Shown: piece after piece, positions 1 to 9,591 of the stretch
Position numbering within the stretch: the first letter of the stretch is position 1
How the letters are laid out: the number at the start of each line of letters is the position of its first letter
Source of the DNA: an uncultured Acidimicrobiia bacterium
GTDB taxonomy: Bacteria > Actinomycetota > Acidimicrobiia > Spongiisociales > JAENVV01
Assembly: GCA_963752075.1 (NCBI GenBank)
Contig: CAVVWO010000002.1
Location: 259,993-323,992, forward strand
Direction of reading: 5' to 3'
Length of the DNA: 64,000 bases
Notes under the pieces: model-generated
The model's input: only the letters and a program-made list of their open reading frames with translations
Told to the model about the DNA's origin: nothing
Database searches by the model: none
Program-made: the position numbers and the translations under genes

Positions 1-819
1 TCGGATCCTGCGCCGCTGCTTGAGGAGGCTCGACATGCGGTGGGTGCTCACGAGCTCCCGTGCGCCGATCCGATCCATGACGACGTGGCCGTGGCCTTCG
101 AGCAGCGACATGAGGGCTTGCACACGATCGATGGTGGCCCGCTGGTCGGGCGTGGCCAACATCCCGAGAAGGCCCGAATCGCCGAGTCCATCCGGACTGC
201 GCATCTCTTCGAGGAGCCTCGAAAACCGCCCCGATTCCGGCCCGGAGCCAGCCACCAGCTCGGTGACGAGTCGAGAGAAGTAGTCGCGCATCCATCGGAT
301 CCCGACGAACTGAAGGCGATGTGTGCATTCGTGCAGGGCGAGCCAAAAACGAAACTCGGAGGGGCGGAGCTGATGGGCCCGCTCGAGCGAGAGCACATTC
401 GGCCCCACCAGATACACGGCGTCACCGTGGTCACCGGTAGTCTCCGGCGTATTCGGTTCCGACGGCAGGACCAGTTCGTACTGACCGAGTACTTTCCTGG
501 CCATCACCCCCAGCAACGCACCGGCCTCGAGCGCCACGGCACGTCCGCCAACGGCTTGCGAGATGGCCGAAGGTGCGGACCCGGCAGCTGCCTGCTCGGC
601 AGGTTCGATCACCTTGCTGAAGAACTCGACGTTGCGTTCGATCCACTGGTTCCGATCCAACACGACCACGCGGGGGATGCCGTGGGAGGGGAGCCCCGTT
701 TCAGCCTCGACGAGGGCTTCGGCCCGAGCCACGAGACCGGGTGCCTGCTCGGCGAGAATCTCTGCGTGATAGGACTCGTAGAGTGGGTAGGTCCCGGCAA
801 TGTTCCCCGCCACTCGCAC
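1..819 (-). CDS. zinc-dependent metalloprotease-like hydrolase (DUF2342-type); C-terminal part lies beyond the window start
   Basis: Absent from the ORF track because its stop is off-window. My reverse-strand translation gives ...PWSLAVRVAGNIAGTYPLYESYHAEILAEQAPGLVARAEALVEAETGLPSHGIPRVVVLDRNQWIERNVEFF...VYLVGPNVLSLERAHQLRPSEFRFWLALHECTHRLQFVGIRWMRDYF...LLGMLATPDQRATIDRVQALMSLLEGHGHVVMD with an HExxH motif (HECTH). The upstream in-frame stop is at 907-909 and GTG start candidates are at 819 and 813. The + ORF 40..924 is its antisense shadow. Confidence 0.6.
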   Translation of the reverse strand, partial: MRVAGNIAGTYPLYESYHAEILAEQAPGLVARAEALVEAETGLPSHGIPRVVVLDRNQWIERNVEFFSKVIEPAEQAAAGSAPSAISQAVGGRAVALEAGALLGVMARKVLGQYELVLPSEPNTPETTGDHGDAVYLVGPNVLSLERAHQLRPSEFRFWLALHECTHRLQFVGIRWMRDYFSRLVTELVAGSGPESGRFSRLLEEMRSPDGLGDSGLLGMLATPDQRATIDRVQALMSLLEGHGHVVMDRIGARELVSTHRMSSLLKQRRRIR

Positions 820-844
820 CGCGAGCGACCAGGGTACGGGGAGC

Positions 845-1179
845 TCATTCCACGACGGTGTAACGGGTTCGTACGACCCGCAGGAAGTACCCCACGACCA
901 GAGCGATCACGAGCAGGGCAATGAGAAGCATCGTCGCCGGGATCGAGATACCGATACGTCCAGGCGAGTTCGACATCGGCCTCGGCCGCGTCCGGTGCCG
1001 GAATGAACGCCCCGGGACCGTCGTATTCGACAACCGTCCCTTCCGTGACGGCGGGGGTCTCGGTGACCTCTTCGGTGGCCAGCACCATCGGCGCGGCGGA
1101 AGCGGCAGGAACAGCCAGCCCGGCCAGGAGGAGGAGCGGTGATGACGAGCACGAAACTGCGGCGAGCGAGGTTGGTCAT
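845..1179 (-). pseudogene. small exported / C-terminally anchored protein with twin-arginine-like signal peptide; needs two frame changes
   Basis: ATG at 1179 gives MTNLARRSFVLVIT. A shift near 1135 continues as LLLLAGLAVPAASAAP-MVLATEEVTETPAVTEGTVVEYDGPGAFIPAPDAAEADVE (frame of ORF 609..1088). A second shift near 950-975 gives ...MLLIALLVIALVVGYFLRVVRTRYTVVE* (frame of ORF 845..1033). The RRxFV n-region, hydrophobic core and ASA-AP cleavage-like site together resemble a Tat signal. Confidence 0.3.
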
Positions 1180-1223
1180 GACGAACGTCACATTACCCCG
1201 AGGAGTCGAACCTGCGAAACCAA

Positions 1224-1466
1224 TCAGCGATCGGGGTGTTCCGAACGGATGAGCCCACGAAGGCGGTCCACGAGTTCGTCGGGACAGTCCTCCTGCAGTC
1301 GCTCTCGTACGACCACCTTGAGGCGCCCTTCGAACCCATACGCTCCGTCGCACGGCGGGCACTTTCGAAGGTGCCAGCGGACCTTCCAACGTTGCACGGT
1401 GGTCATCTCACCGTCGAGGTACGGGTACAGCCGGTCTACGGCGTCTGCGCAAGCTTTCTTGGTCAC
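1224..1466 (-). CDS. rsrA: zinc-binding anti-sigma factor (ZAS family, RsrA/RshA-like)
   Basis: 80 aa with an H-x3-C-x2-C motif (HLRKCPPC) and an N-terminal Cys (KKACADAVD). It overlaps the upstream ECF sigma gene by 4 nt (1463-1466). Confidence 0.75.
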   Translation of the reverse strand: MTKKACADAVDRLYPYLDGEMTTVQRWKVRWHLRKCPPCDGAYGFEGRLKVVVRERLQEDCPDELVDRLRGLIRSEHPDR

Positions 1467-2080
1467 GAGTCTGACTCACGTTGGTCGACGGATCGGTCCG
1501 CATCGGGTTGGTCGGTGAGACCGCGCCGTGATGCATAATCCCACAACGCTTTCTCCAGCGCTTTTCTTCCCCGGTGCAACCGAGACATCACCGTCCCGAT
1601 CGGCACGTCCATGATGTCGGCGATCTCTTTGTACGAGAACCCTTCGAGATCGGCGAGCAGTACCGGAAGCCGGAAGTGCTCGGGAAGATTCTCCACAGCT
1701 TGCTTCACGTCGGTATCGACGATTCCCTCGAGCACCTCCTCCTCGGCGCTTCGCTGGGCATCACCGGTCTCGGCCCGTCCGATCCGTCGATACATGTAGA
1801 GGTCTTCCAAATCACCGAGATCCACCTCGGTGGGCCGTCGGCTCTTCTTGCGGTACCGGTTGATGTAGGTGTTCGTGAGGATCCGATAGAGCCAGGCTTT
1901 GAGGTTCGTCCCTTCCTGGAAGGTGTGATAGGCCCGGTAGGCCTTGAGAAACGTCTCTTGGACGACGTCCTCTGCATCGGCGGGGTTGCGCGTCATCCGA
2001 AGCGCAGCGGAATAGAGCTGCGGGGCGAACTGCATTGCATCTTCCTCGAAGTTGGCCTGGTCAGCCATCGAACGACCCAA
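1463..2080 (-). CDS. sigH: ECF-type RNA polymerase sigma factor (SigH/SigR-like)
   Basis: 205 aa with region 2 ([17 protein letters not shown]...[16 protein letters not shown]) and a region 4 HTH ([32 protein letters not shown]). It is co-transcribed with a ZAS anti-sigma gene. The track start at 2080 is TTG and ATG 2068 (MADQANF) is an alternative. Confidence 0.8.
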   Translation of the reverse strand: MGRSMADQANFEEDAMQFAPQLYSAALRMTRNPADAEDVVQETFLKAYRAYHTFQEGTNLKAWLYRILTNTYINRYRKKSRRPTEVDLGDLEDLYMYRRIGRAETGDAQRSAEEEVLEGIVDTDVKQAVENLPEHFRLPVLLADLEGFSYKEIADIMDVPIGTVMSRLHRGRKALEKALWDYASRRGLTDQPDADRSVDQRESDS

Positions 2081-2182
2081 TCATCTGTCGAAATGTTGAC
2101 GATACCACCGGTCCGGAGGGCCTCCATTTCGGGTCGGTTCGGACGAGGGCCGATGAGGGTCGGCTACGATGTTGGCCACATT

Positions 2183-2254
2183 GCCGGAGTAGCTCAGGGG
2201 TAGAGCAGCTCACTCGTAATGAGCAGGTCAGGGGTTCAAATCCCCTCTCCGGCT
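2183..2254 (+). tRNA. tRNA-Thr (anticodon CGU)
   Basis: 72-nt cloverleaf read by hand. The acceptor pairs GCCGGAG with CTCCGGC. The D arm is GCTC-AGGGGTA-GAGC and the anticodon arm is GCTCA-CTCGTAA-TGAGC (anticodon CGT). The variable loop is AGGTC, the T arm is AGGGG-TTCAAAT-CCCCT and the discriminator is T. CCA is not fully encoded (CC follows). Confidence 0.9.
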
Positions 2255-2270
2255 CCCTTGGGCCCTGCCG

Positions 2271-2300
2271 GGTCTCTCTGCTCAGAACAGCAGAGAGACC
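2271..2300 (+). terminator. hairpin downstream of tRNA-Thr (candidate intrinsic terminator)
   Basis: Perfect 12-bp stem GGTCTCTCTGCT / AGCAGAGAGACC with loop CAGAAC, followed by GGTGGGGCTTGTTTC (weak T tract). It lies between the tRNA and the convergent acyltransferase gene. Confidence 0.5.
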
Positions 2301-2313
2301 GGTGGGGCTTGTT

Positions 2314-2934
2314 TCATGCTTGCTGCGATTTCATGCTCGTGGGGATGAGGCGGTCCATGCTCTCCGCCCATCGGACGGTGAGCTCCCGCCTCGAGCCCAT
2401 GGGTTCCAACGGCTGACCGATCGCCACTCGCACCTTCCCAGGACGCGGGAAGTTGGCATCGAGCGACATGACCTCCGAAGTACCCATCACCGCCACCGGT
2501 ACCAGGGGCACCCCTGCCCGCAGCGCCAACCATGCGCCCCCCTCCCGGGGGCGCGTCTCGCCCCAGTGGGCGGTACGCCGGCCTTCGGGAAACACTCCCA
2601 CCGTGCCACCTCCGGCCAGATGGGCCAATGCCGACTTCATTGCTGTCAATGGCACTCCCACTCTCGGCAGCGGGATCGCTCCGTAGAAGGGGATGATGGC
2701 GTCCAGGCCGGCGTTCAATCCGAGGAGGTCGGCGGCTGCCATGAATTTGATCGGCCGTCGCGCCGCGGCCCCCACGAACGGCGGGTCGACATGTGAGAGG
2801 TGGTTGGCGGCGAGCACCACCGGCCCCGGCGGCAGGTACTCCCGCCCGGAGACCTCGAGTCGAAACAGCAGACGGCTGAGGGCCAACCCCGGCGGGAACG
2901 ACCAGCGCCAGTGACGCTCCCAGGGTTCAAGCAT
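2314..2934 (-). CDS. 1-acyl-sn-glycerol-3-phosphate acyltransferase family (PlsC-like)
   Basis: 206 aa with the acyltransferase HX4D motif (NHLSHVDP) and FPEGRR motif. It overlaps the holB end by 8 nt. Confidence 0.7.
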   Translation of the reverse strand: MLEPWERHWRWSFPPGLALSRLLFRLEVSGREYLPPGPVVLAANHLSHVDPPFVGAAARRPIKFMAAADLLGLNAGLDAIIPFYGAIPLPRVGVPLTAMKSALAHLAGGGTVGVFPEGRRTAHWGETRPREGGAWLALRAGVPLVPVAVMGTSEVMSLDANFPRPGKVRVAIGQPLEPMGSRRELTVRWAESMDRLIPTSMKSQQA

Positions 2935-4018
2935 CGAGACCCAGATGGGTGAAGAGATCAGCCAACACCAGTTGGGGGCGTTGATTGGCTCGCACGGCGG
3001 TCACGGCCTCGAGGACGAGGTCCGCATCTGCCACCGCCCGGGCTGGTCGGAGCCGGACCAGTTCAGCCGAGGTCAGGTCCTGGTTGCGAACTCGCCCACC
3101 GAACTGAGCCACGGCCGCGTCGGTATACCAGGACGCCAGGATCTCGAGCCCGGTGATGAGGAGCGCCTGAGATTGGCGTTTCATCTCGCGCTCGTGTCGC
3201 TGACGGACCGCCTTGGTGTCGCGATCGGTTTCCTCTTCGGCGTGTCGTTGTTTGATGGCCTCGGTGAGGGGATCGGCCGCCGCCAGGAGTTCTTCGGCGA
3301 GGAGGAAGGCTTCGCCCGGTTTGGGGGTGACGCGCTCGGGCACCGATAGCCAGGCCTTACGAAACGCCGCCACCTTCGGCTCGGTGGCGAGCGCAAGGGC
3401 GAGTCCGGGTCGGCCACCGGAGATCCGGGCGGCCTCGGCCGACTGTTCGGCACTCACACCTGCATCGGTGAGCGCCTCGATGAGATCGTTCTCGTCCACA
3501 CGACCGAACTGGACGGTGCGGCACCTACTGGCAATGGTGGCCGGCAAATCGTCCTCCGACTCGGAGACGAGCAAGAACACCGTCGAGGATGACGGCTCTT
3601 CCAAGGTCTTCAACAAGGCATTGGCGGCCCCGTCGGTCATGGAACCGGCGTCTTCGAACAGGATCACCTTCCTGGTCCCTTCAACGGGAGAGAGATTCGC
3701 CAGGGCGACGGTCGACCGGGCCTCATCAACCCCCAAGGCCAACCGACCCTCGGCTTCGACGCCGATCACATCCGGGTGGCTCCCGTTCAATGCCCTGCGA
3801 CAGGTCGAGCAGTCCTCGACATGTCGTCCCCCGTCGTCGCACAGAATGGCTGCCGCGAAGCGGCGGGCCACGGTGGCCTTTCCGACACCGATGGGACCCA
3901 CGAAGTAATAGGCATGCGCCGGCGAGGCGATCTCGTCAGCCAGGAGACTCATGACGCGTTGGTGACCGATCACGCCCGCGAAGGCGTTGTCGGGACCGAT
4001 GGCGGCTGCGGTACTCAT
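2927..4018 (-). CDS. holB: DNA polymerase III subunit delta'
   Basis: 363 aa with P-loop-like GPIGVGKATVARRFAAAILC, a Cys cluster (EDCSTCRRALNGSHPDV), and LKTLEEP and ASRC motifs typical of clamp-loader delta'. It has an ATGA overlap with tmk. Confidence 0.8.
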   Translation of the reverse strand: MSTAAAIGPDNAFAGVIGHQRVMSLLADEIASPAHAYYFVGPIGVGKATVARRFAAAILCDDGGRHVEDCSTCRRALNGSHPDVIGVEAEGRLALGVDEARSTVALANLSPVEGTRKVILFEDAGSMTDGAANALLKTLEEPSSSTVFLLVSESEDDLPATIASRCRTVQFGRVDENDLIEALTDAGVSAEQSAEAARISGGRPGLALALATEPKVAAFRKAWLSVPERVTPKPGEAFLLAEELLAAADPLTEAIKQRHAEEETDRDTKAVRQRHEREMKRQSQALLITGLEILASWYTDAAVAQFGGRVRNQDLTSAELVRLRPARAVADADLVLEAVTAVRANQRPQLVLADLFTHLGLDA

Positions 4019-4629
4019 GCCTGCTCCCAGCGGTCGAGGAGAGCTTGGTGAATCTCGTCCACGGTGGCATCGATGCTCTGGGTGGCGTCGATCACCAGAA
4101 AGCGATCCGGCTCGGCTGCGACCAGGCGATCGAACGTGTCGGCCACCTGCTGGTGAAAAGCAAGATCCTCCGAACCGATCCGATCGGCGCCGTCTTGTCG
4201 GGCAAGACCCTCGGCCGCATCGAGGTGAAGCAACACGACGAGCTCCGGCCAGATGCCGGCCAAACCGGCTTCGTTGACCGCTCGGACCGTGTCGACACCC
4301 AGGCCTCGGCCGCCGCCTTGATAGGCCAACGACGAGTAGACCGTGCGATCCGACAAGACCCAGGCACCCCTCTCGAGGGCTGGAGCAACCACCTCTCGGG
4401 CGAGTTGCGCTCGCGAAGCGGCAAACAGCAAGGCTTCCGTCCAGGCGCTCATGTCATGGGGGGCATCGAGGAGCAGAGAACGAATGCCCTCGCCCACCTG
4501 CGTACCGCCCGGTTCCCTCGCCAAGACCACGTCGTCACCAACGGAGCGGAGCCGGTCGGCCAAGCTTCGGACCACCGTCGACTTGCCGGCACCTTCGATT
4601 CCCTCGAACGCCACGTAGTGCCCGTTCAC
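4015..4629 (-). CDS. tmk: dTMP (thymidylate) kinase
   Basis: Contains FEGIEGAGKST (P-loop) and a DR(T)VYSS region. I prefer GTG 4629 (VNGHYVAFEG...), which forms a GTGA overlap with the stop of the upstream MFS gene. The track ORF start at 4698 would overlap that gene by 73 nt. Confidence 0.8.
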   Translation of the reverse strand: MNGHYVAFEGIEGAGKSTVVRSLADRLRSVGDDVVLAREPGGTQVGEGIRSLLLDAPHDMSAWTEALLFAASRAQLAREVVAPALERGAWVLSDRTVYSSLAYQGGGRGLGVDTVRAVNEAGLAGIWPELVVLLHLDAAEGLARQDGADRIGSEDLAFHQQVADTFDRLVAAEPDRFLVIDATQSIDATVDEIHQALLDRWEQA

Positions 4630-5954
4630 GCCGAGCCCTCCTGGGGAGCATCCGGTTCTGTGGGGATTTGGATACCGATTACCTCTCGCACGGCCCACAA
4701 GGTAGCCAATCCCGAGACCACGATGACGACCCCTCCCACCAGGAACACGACCCGAACTCCATCATTGAACGGGGCGGGCAGGCGGCCATCGAGGAATTCC
4801 GACCCGAAGGCGGCCGATGTCATCGAGACGAGCAGTGCCGTGCGGGCCACGGTGAAGAGGGCAGCGAAGGTCCTGCCGCGCAGCTGATCATCCACTCGTT
4901 GATGGATATAGGTGAAACCGTTCACGTAGGCCACCCCGGCACTGAAACCCATCACGAACGACCACACCGCTGCCCCACCGACGGTCGTCGTCGACGCCAC
5001 CATGGCCATCGAGGCGCCACTCAACGTGATCGCCGAAGCAAAAACGACCGTGCGATGCACCGGGATCCGTTCGACCCAGCCGATGGCGATGACGCCCAAT
5101 CCGGCGCCCGCCCCGAGAGAGGTGGACAGCACCGCGAAGCCGCTGTTGGCGCCACCGAGAAACTGACTCGAAAAGACCTGCCCGAGAGTCACCAACGCCC
5201 CACCTCCGAAGAGGGCGACCGCCATCCCCAGAATCACCACCCGTATCCCGCGGGTGCCGGCCACGAATCGAACACCTTCGACGAGGTCTCGCACCGGAAC
5301 CCTCCACCCCTTGTCTCCCCCGACGGTCGGCGCCCGCGGCTCGGGACGGTCGAACTGCATCGACGCCACCAGCGCGGCCGAGATGAAGAAGGTGACCGAG
5401 TCCAGCGTGTACCCGAAAATCCACTCCGACCCGGCCACGAGATCCACCCAGGCAGGAAGCTGTCCGAACGCCGACCACGTGAGCGATCCGAAAGGGAACG
5501 TTCCGTAGGCGGATGCCACCGACAGACTGTTGGCCCCAACCAGTTCGGCGTCGGAGACGAGCGACGGCACGACCGCCTCGCGAGCCGGTTGACGGATCAG
5601 CGACAGGATCTCGACCAAGAACGAGACGACGAACAATTGCGGAAGCGTCTCGACGAAGATCAGCGAAAGCACGAGAAGGCCCCGCCCGACGTCGGAAACG
5701 ATCATGGTCTTCTTCCGATCGAAACGATCTGCGATCAGACCGCCGAGCGGTGTGAAGAGCAGACCCGGCACGAACCGACCCAGCAGTGGGACGAGCGTTC
5801 CCGTGCTTCCACCGATCGAGGCGCCCAGCGCCAGGGTGGCGAAAAGCTCCACCCAGTCACCGAAACTCGACAGTGCTCCGGCCCACCAGAGGCGCGCGAA
5901 TTGCCCTCGCATGACGAGTTGAAGACGGCTTCGAGGAGGTCCCAGGGGTGCCAT
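4626..5954 (-). CDS. MFS transporter
   Basis: 442 aa, about 12 predicted hydrophobic helices, and an MFS loop motif (GLIADRFDRKKT). It is first in an apparent MFS-tmk-holB-acyltransferase operon with overlapping stops and starts. Confidence 0.7.
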   Translation of the reverse strand: MAPLGPPRSRLQLVMRGQFARLWWAGALSSFGDWVELFATLALGASIGGSTGTLVPLLGRFVPGLLFTPLGGLIADRFDRKKTMIVSDVGRGLLVLSLIFVETLPQLFVVSFLVEILSLIRQPAREAVVPSLVSDAELVGANSLSVASAYGTFPFGSLTWSAFGQLPAWVDLVAGSEWIFGYTLDSVTFFISAALVASMQFDRPEPRAPTVGGDKGWRVPVRDLVEGVRFVAGTRGIRVVILGMAVALFGGGALVTLGQVFSSQFLGGANSGFAVLSTSLGAGAGLGVIAIGWVERIPVHRTVVFASAITLSGASMAMVASTTTVGGAAVWSFVMGFSAGVAYVNGFTYIHQRVDDQLRGRTFAALFTVARTALLVSMTSAAFGSEFLDGRLPAPFNDGVRVVFLVGGVVIVVSGLATLWAVREVIGIQIPTEPDAPQEGSA

Positions 5955-6029
5955 ACCCGAGGAACGTTATCAGCCCTCCCGATGCCGGCCGGTTGATGGT
6001 CTCGAAGGGGCTCGGTTTGGTGGGGCGTC

Positions 6030-6059
6030 TTGACATACGGGCCGGGGAGCGGTTAGCTC
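6030..6059 (+). promoter_or_regulatory. possible sigma-70-type promoter giving a near-leaderless topA transcript
   Basis: TTGACA at 6030-6035 is followed by an 18-nt spacer and TAGCTC at 6054-6059 (weak -10). The topA GTG at 6067 lies 8 nt downstream with no Shine-Dalgarno. This is motif reading only. Confidence 0.25.
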
Positions 6060-6066
6060 TGGCACC

Positions 6067-8648
6067 GTGTCCAAGCCTTTGATCATCGTCGAGTCCCCCG
6101 CCAAGGCCCGTACCATCGCCCGATTTCTCGGGGACGACTACAACGTCACGTCCTCGGTGGGTCACATCCGCGACCTTCCTCGCAAGGCAGCGGAGATCCC
6201 CGCCAAGTACAAGGACGAGAAGTGGGCCCGGCTCGGCGTGGACGTCGACAACGACTTCGAGCCGCTGTACATCGTGACCAAAGAGAAGAAGGACACCGTC
6301 AAGAGCTGAAGGCGATGCTGAAGGACGCCTCCGAGCTCTACCTGGCCACGGACGAGGACCGCGAGGGCGAGTCCATCGCCTGGCACCTCATCGAGGTGCT
6401 CAAGCCGAAGGTTCCGGTCCGGCGCATGGTGTTCCACGAGATCACCCCGCCGGCCATCCAGGAGGCGCTGGACAACCCGCGGGAGCTCGAACCGCACCTG
6501 GTCGACGCCCAGGAGACGCGCCGGATCCTCGATCGGCTGTACGGCTACGAGGTGTCGCCGGTGCTGTGGAAGAAGATCAAGCCGAGGCTGTCCGCCGGCC
6601 GGGTCCAGTCGGTCGCCACCCGGATCGTCGTCGAGCGGGAACGCGAGCGGATCGCCTTTCGTTCGGCCGCGTACTGGGATCTCGAAGGCTCCTTCGGCGT
6701 GGCCCAGGACGATGCGTTCACCGCCACCCTCGTGAACGTCGACGGCGACCGGCTCGCCACCGGCAAGGACTTCGACCGCGACCGGCGAACTCACCAACGA
6801 AGACGCCCTCGCCTTGGACGAGGCCGATGCCGCTGGCGCTGGTCGAGTCGCTCGCAGGCGCGACCATGACGGTCGCGATCGGTGGAAGCCAAGCCGTACA
6901 CGCCGCAAACCGGAGCCCCCTTCCGCACCTCGACGCTGCAGCAGGAGGCCGGCCGCAAGCTGCGCTTCTCGTCCGCTCGGACCATGTCGGCCGCCCAGCG
7001 GCTGTACGAGAACGGCTACATCACCTACATGCGCACCGACTCGACCATCGCTTGTCGGAGACGGCACTGACCGCCGCCCGGACGCAGATCGAGCCATGTA
7101 CGGCGCCGACTACCTGCCCGACGAGCCGCGCAGCTACGCCAAGAAGGTCAAAGGCGCCCAGGAGGCGCACGAGGCCATCCGCCCGGCCGGCGAGGCGTTC
7201 CGTAGCGCCCGACGACAGTGGCGAGCGAGCTCGAGCGGTGACGAGGCCAAGCTCTACGAGCTGATCTGGAAGCGAACGATCGCCTCCCAGATGAAGGACG
7301 CCCGGGGCGAGATCGGTGTCGGTCCGAATCGGTGGCACCGGCCACAGACGGCCGCGACGCCGTGTTCGGCACCTCCGGCAAGGTGATCTCCTTCCCCGGG
7401 CTTCCTGCGGGCCTACGTCGAGGGCTCGGACGATCCCGACGCCGAGCTGGACGACCAGGAACGGCGTCTGCCCGCAGCTGGCGGAGGGCGATCAGCCCGA
7501 CCTGAGCGCGGCTCGAGCGCCAAGGGCCACGACACCAAGCCCCCGGCGCGCTACACCGAGGCCTCGCTGGTGCAGCGTCTCGAGGAGCTCGGCATCGGCC
7601 GACCCTCGACCTACGCCTCGATCATCTCGACGATCCAGAACCGGGGCTACGTGTTGAAGAAGGGCAGCGGCGCTCGTGCCCACCTTCACCGCCTTCGCCA
7701 CGGTCACTCTTCTCGAGCGGCACTTCCCCGACCTCGTCGACTACGCCTTCACCGCCCGGATGGAGGACGACCTCGACGACATCGCCGACGGCGAACAAGA
7801 GTCGGCGCCGTGGTTGCGTACCTTCTACTTCGGGCCGGAAGACGACCGATCGTTGGGTCTCCGCGAGATGGTGATCGACAAACTCGGAGAGATCGACGCA
7901 CGAGAAATCAACTCGATTCCTGTTGGCGTCGACCCCGACGGTCGCGAGATCATCGCCCGGGTCGGGCCGCTACGGCCCCTACCTGGAGCGGGGCGAGGAT
8001 CGCGCCTCCATTCCCGACGAAGTCCCGCCGGACGAGCTGACCATCGAACGGGCCATCGAGATCCTGGACGCCCCCAGTGGCGACAAGATCCTGGGCACCG
8101 ACGCCGAAACCGGACTCACGGTTCTGGCCCGCGCCGGCCGCTACGGCCCCTACGTGCAGTTAGGTGAACCCGAGGAAGGGTCGAAGGAGAAGCCGAAGAC
8201 GGCGTCCCTCTTCAAATCGATGTCTCTCGACGACATCACCCTCGACCAGGCCGTCCAACTCCTCACCATTCCCCGCACGCTGGGAGCAGATCCGGAAGAC
8301 GGCGAGGTCATCGAGGCCCTCAATGGCCGCTACGGGCCCTACGTCAAGAAGGGTTCGGAGACTCGCAGCCTGGAAACCGAAGAAGAGATCCTCACCGTGA
8401 CGCTCGAAGACGCCCTGAAGCTCTTGGCCGAACCGAAAAAGCGGGGCCGTCGGGCCGCCGCCCCTCCCCTCAAGGAGTTCGGAGAGGATCCGGTCTCGGG
8501 CAAGAAGGTCGTGCTCAAGAACGGCCGCTTCGGACCCTACGTCACCGACGGAGAGACCAACGGTTCCCTGCGCAAGGGTGACGACCCGGAGACCATCACG
8601 GAAGAACGAGCCTTCGAACTCCTCCAGATGCGCCGCGACCGCGGCTAG
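6067..8648 (+). pseudogene. topA: DNA topoisomerase I (type IA), reading frame interrupted at least 10 times
   Basis: Homologous pieces sit in all three + frames. They include [22 protein letters not shown] (6067-), [18 protein letters not shown] (Toprim, 6222 frame), [41 protein letters not shown] (active-site Tyr region, 6882 frame), [55 protein letters not shown], and C-terminal RYGPY repeats up to the stop at 8648. Frame changes lie near 6300, 6780-6900, 7055-7090, 7200-7560, 7670 and 7965 (approximate). Confidence 0.85.
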
Positions 8649-8704
8649 CGGAATATGTGCCGTGCTTCGGTCGGGTGGCTCGATCCGATCCATACACTCT
8701 GCGA

Positions 8705-9505
8705 ATGACTGACAAGGACGAGTACGCCCACGGCCATACGCCGTCGGTCGTGAGCCACCACGCCAGGAGGACCGCGCAGGACAGTGCTGCGTTCCTCCTC
8801 CCCCACCTGGCCCCTGGCCAGCGTCTCCTGGACGTCGGCTGTGGGCCAGGATCGATCACCGTGGATCTCGCGGAGCGAGTTCACCCTGGACGGGTCCTCG
8901 CCATCGACGTATCCGATATCGCCATCGAGAACGCCAAGGCCGCCGTCGCCGAACGTGGGCTGAACAACGTCGAGGTACGGCTCGGCAACATCTACGACCT
9001 CGACGACGAGAGCTTTGACGTCATCTACGCCCACCAAGTGCTCCAGCACCTCAGCGACCCGGTCCAAGCCCTCCGCAACATGAAGTCGGTCCTCGCTCCG
9101 GACGGCGTCGTCGCGGTTCGCGACTCCGACTACGCCGGGATGATGTGGGCACCCCGACCCCCGATCCTCGATCGCTTCATGGAGCTCTACCATCAGATCA
9201 ACGACGCTCTCGGGCTCCAGGCCGACTCCGGCCGCTGGCTCCCAACCTGGGTCGGCGAAGCCGGCTTCACGAACGCCACCGTGAGCAGTTCCACCTGGAC
9301 CCAGTCCACCCCGGAGGCGCGGTCCGTGTGGGGAGGCGCCTGGGCGAAACGGGTCCTCGAATCCTCCTACGCGGAACACGCCCTCTCCCTGGGCCTCGGA
9401 ACCCGGGCGGAACTCGAAGAGATCTCCGCCGCCTTCGTCTGGTGGACCGAACAACCCAACGCCCTCTGGGTCGTGCCCCATGTGGAGGTCCTCGCCTCTC
9501 GGTAG
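8705..9505 (+). CDS. class I SAM-dependent methyltransferase
   Basis: SAM-binding motif I (LLDVGCGPGSITVDLA) and post-I/II motifs. ATG 8705 (MTDKDEYAHGH...) is preferred over the track GTG at 8657. Confidence 0.7.
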   Translation: MTDKDEYAHGHTPSVVSHHARRTAQDSAAFLLPHLAPGQRLLDVGCGPGSITVDLAERVHPGRVLAIDVSDIAIENAKAAVAERGLNNVEVRLGNIYDLDDESFDVIYAHQVLQHLSDPVQALRNMKSVLAPDGVVAVRDSDYAGMMWAPRPPILDRFMELYHQINDALGLQADSGRWLPTWVGEAGFTNATVSSSTWTQSTPEARSVWGGAWAKRVLESSYAEHALSLGLGTRAELEEISAAFVWWTEQPNALWVVPHVEVLASR

Positions 9506-9527
9506 ACGCAGAGCGTCTACCGAGAGG
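9495..9527 (+). terminator. perfect 15-bp hairpin overlapping the methyltransferase stop codon (candidate I-shaped terminator)
   Basis: CCTCTCGGTAGACGC-AGA-GCGTCTACCGAGAGG. The TAG stop (9503-9505) lies inside the 5' arm and no U tract follows (TTGAACAAACA). Confidence 0.4.
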
Positions 9528-9591
9528 TTGAACAAACACTGGGCTGGAGAGGACACGGGAGACTTGGCATACTGGTGTCCCAGGGAGGGAT

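Noticed and set aside
40-924. Long ORFs on the strand opposite to recognisable genes, for example 40..924(+), 4668..5996(+), 12440..14086(+), 15022..16023(+), 8645..9556(-), 35130..35795(-), 40629..41252(-), 56029..57384(-) and 57891..60014(-)
   Set aside because: Their translations are Arg/Pro/Gly-rich with no motifs. Each lies antisense or out of frame to a gene with clear family signatures. Open antisense frames are expected at this GC content.
2081-2182. Autoregulatory SigR/SigH-type promoter (GGAAT-N18-GTT) upstream of sigH
   Set aside because: No GGAAT...GTT pair was found on the minus strand in this spacer. Only a 7-bp inverted repeat (CGAAATG...CATTTCG) and a GGAGG-G-CCTCC palindrome of unknown meaning are present.
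2183-2320. tRNA-Thr as an integration site for a mobile element
   Set aside because: No integrase, no duplicated tRNA 3' end, no compositional shift. The flanking genes (sigH, plsC-like, holB) are core functions.
5955-6066. Regulatory RNA or small ORF in the MFS/topA divergent spacer
   Set aside because: Only a TTGACA -35-like hexamer with a weak -10 was found. No stable hairpin and no ORF with a ribosome-binding site.
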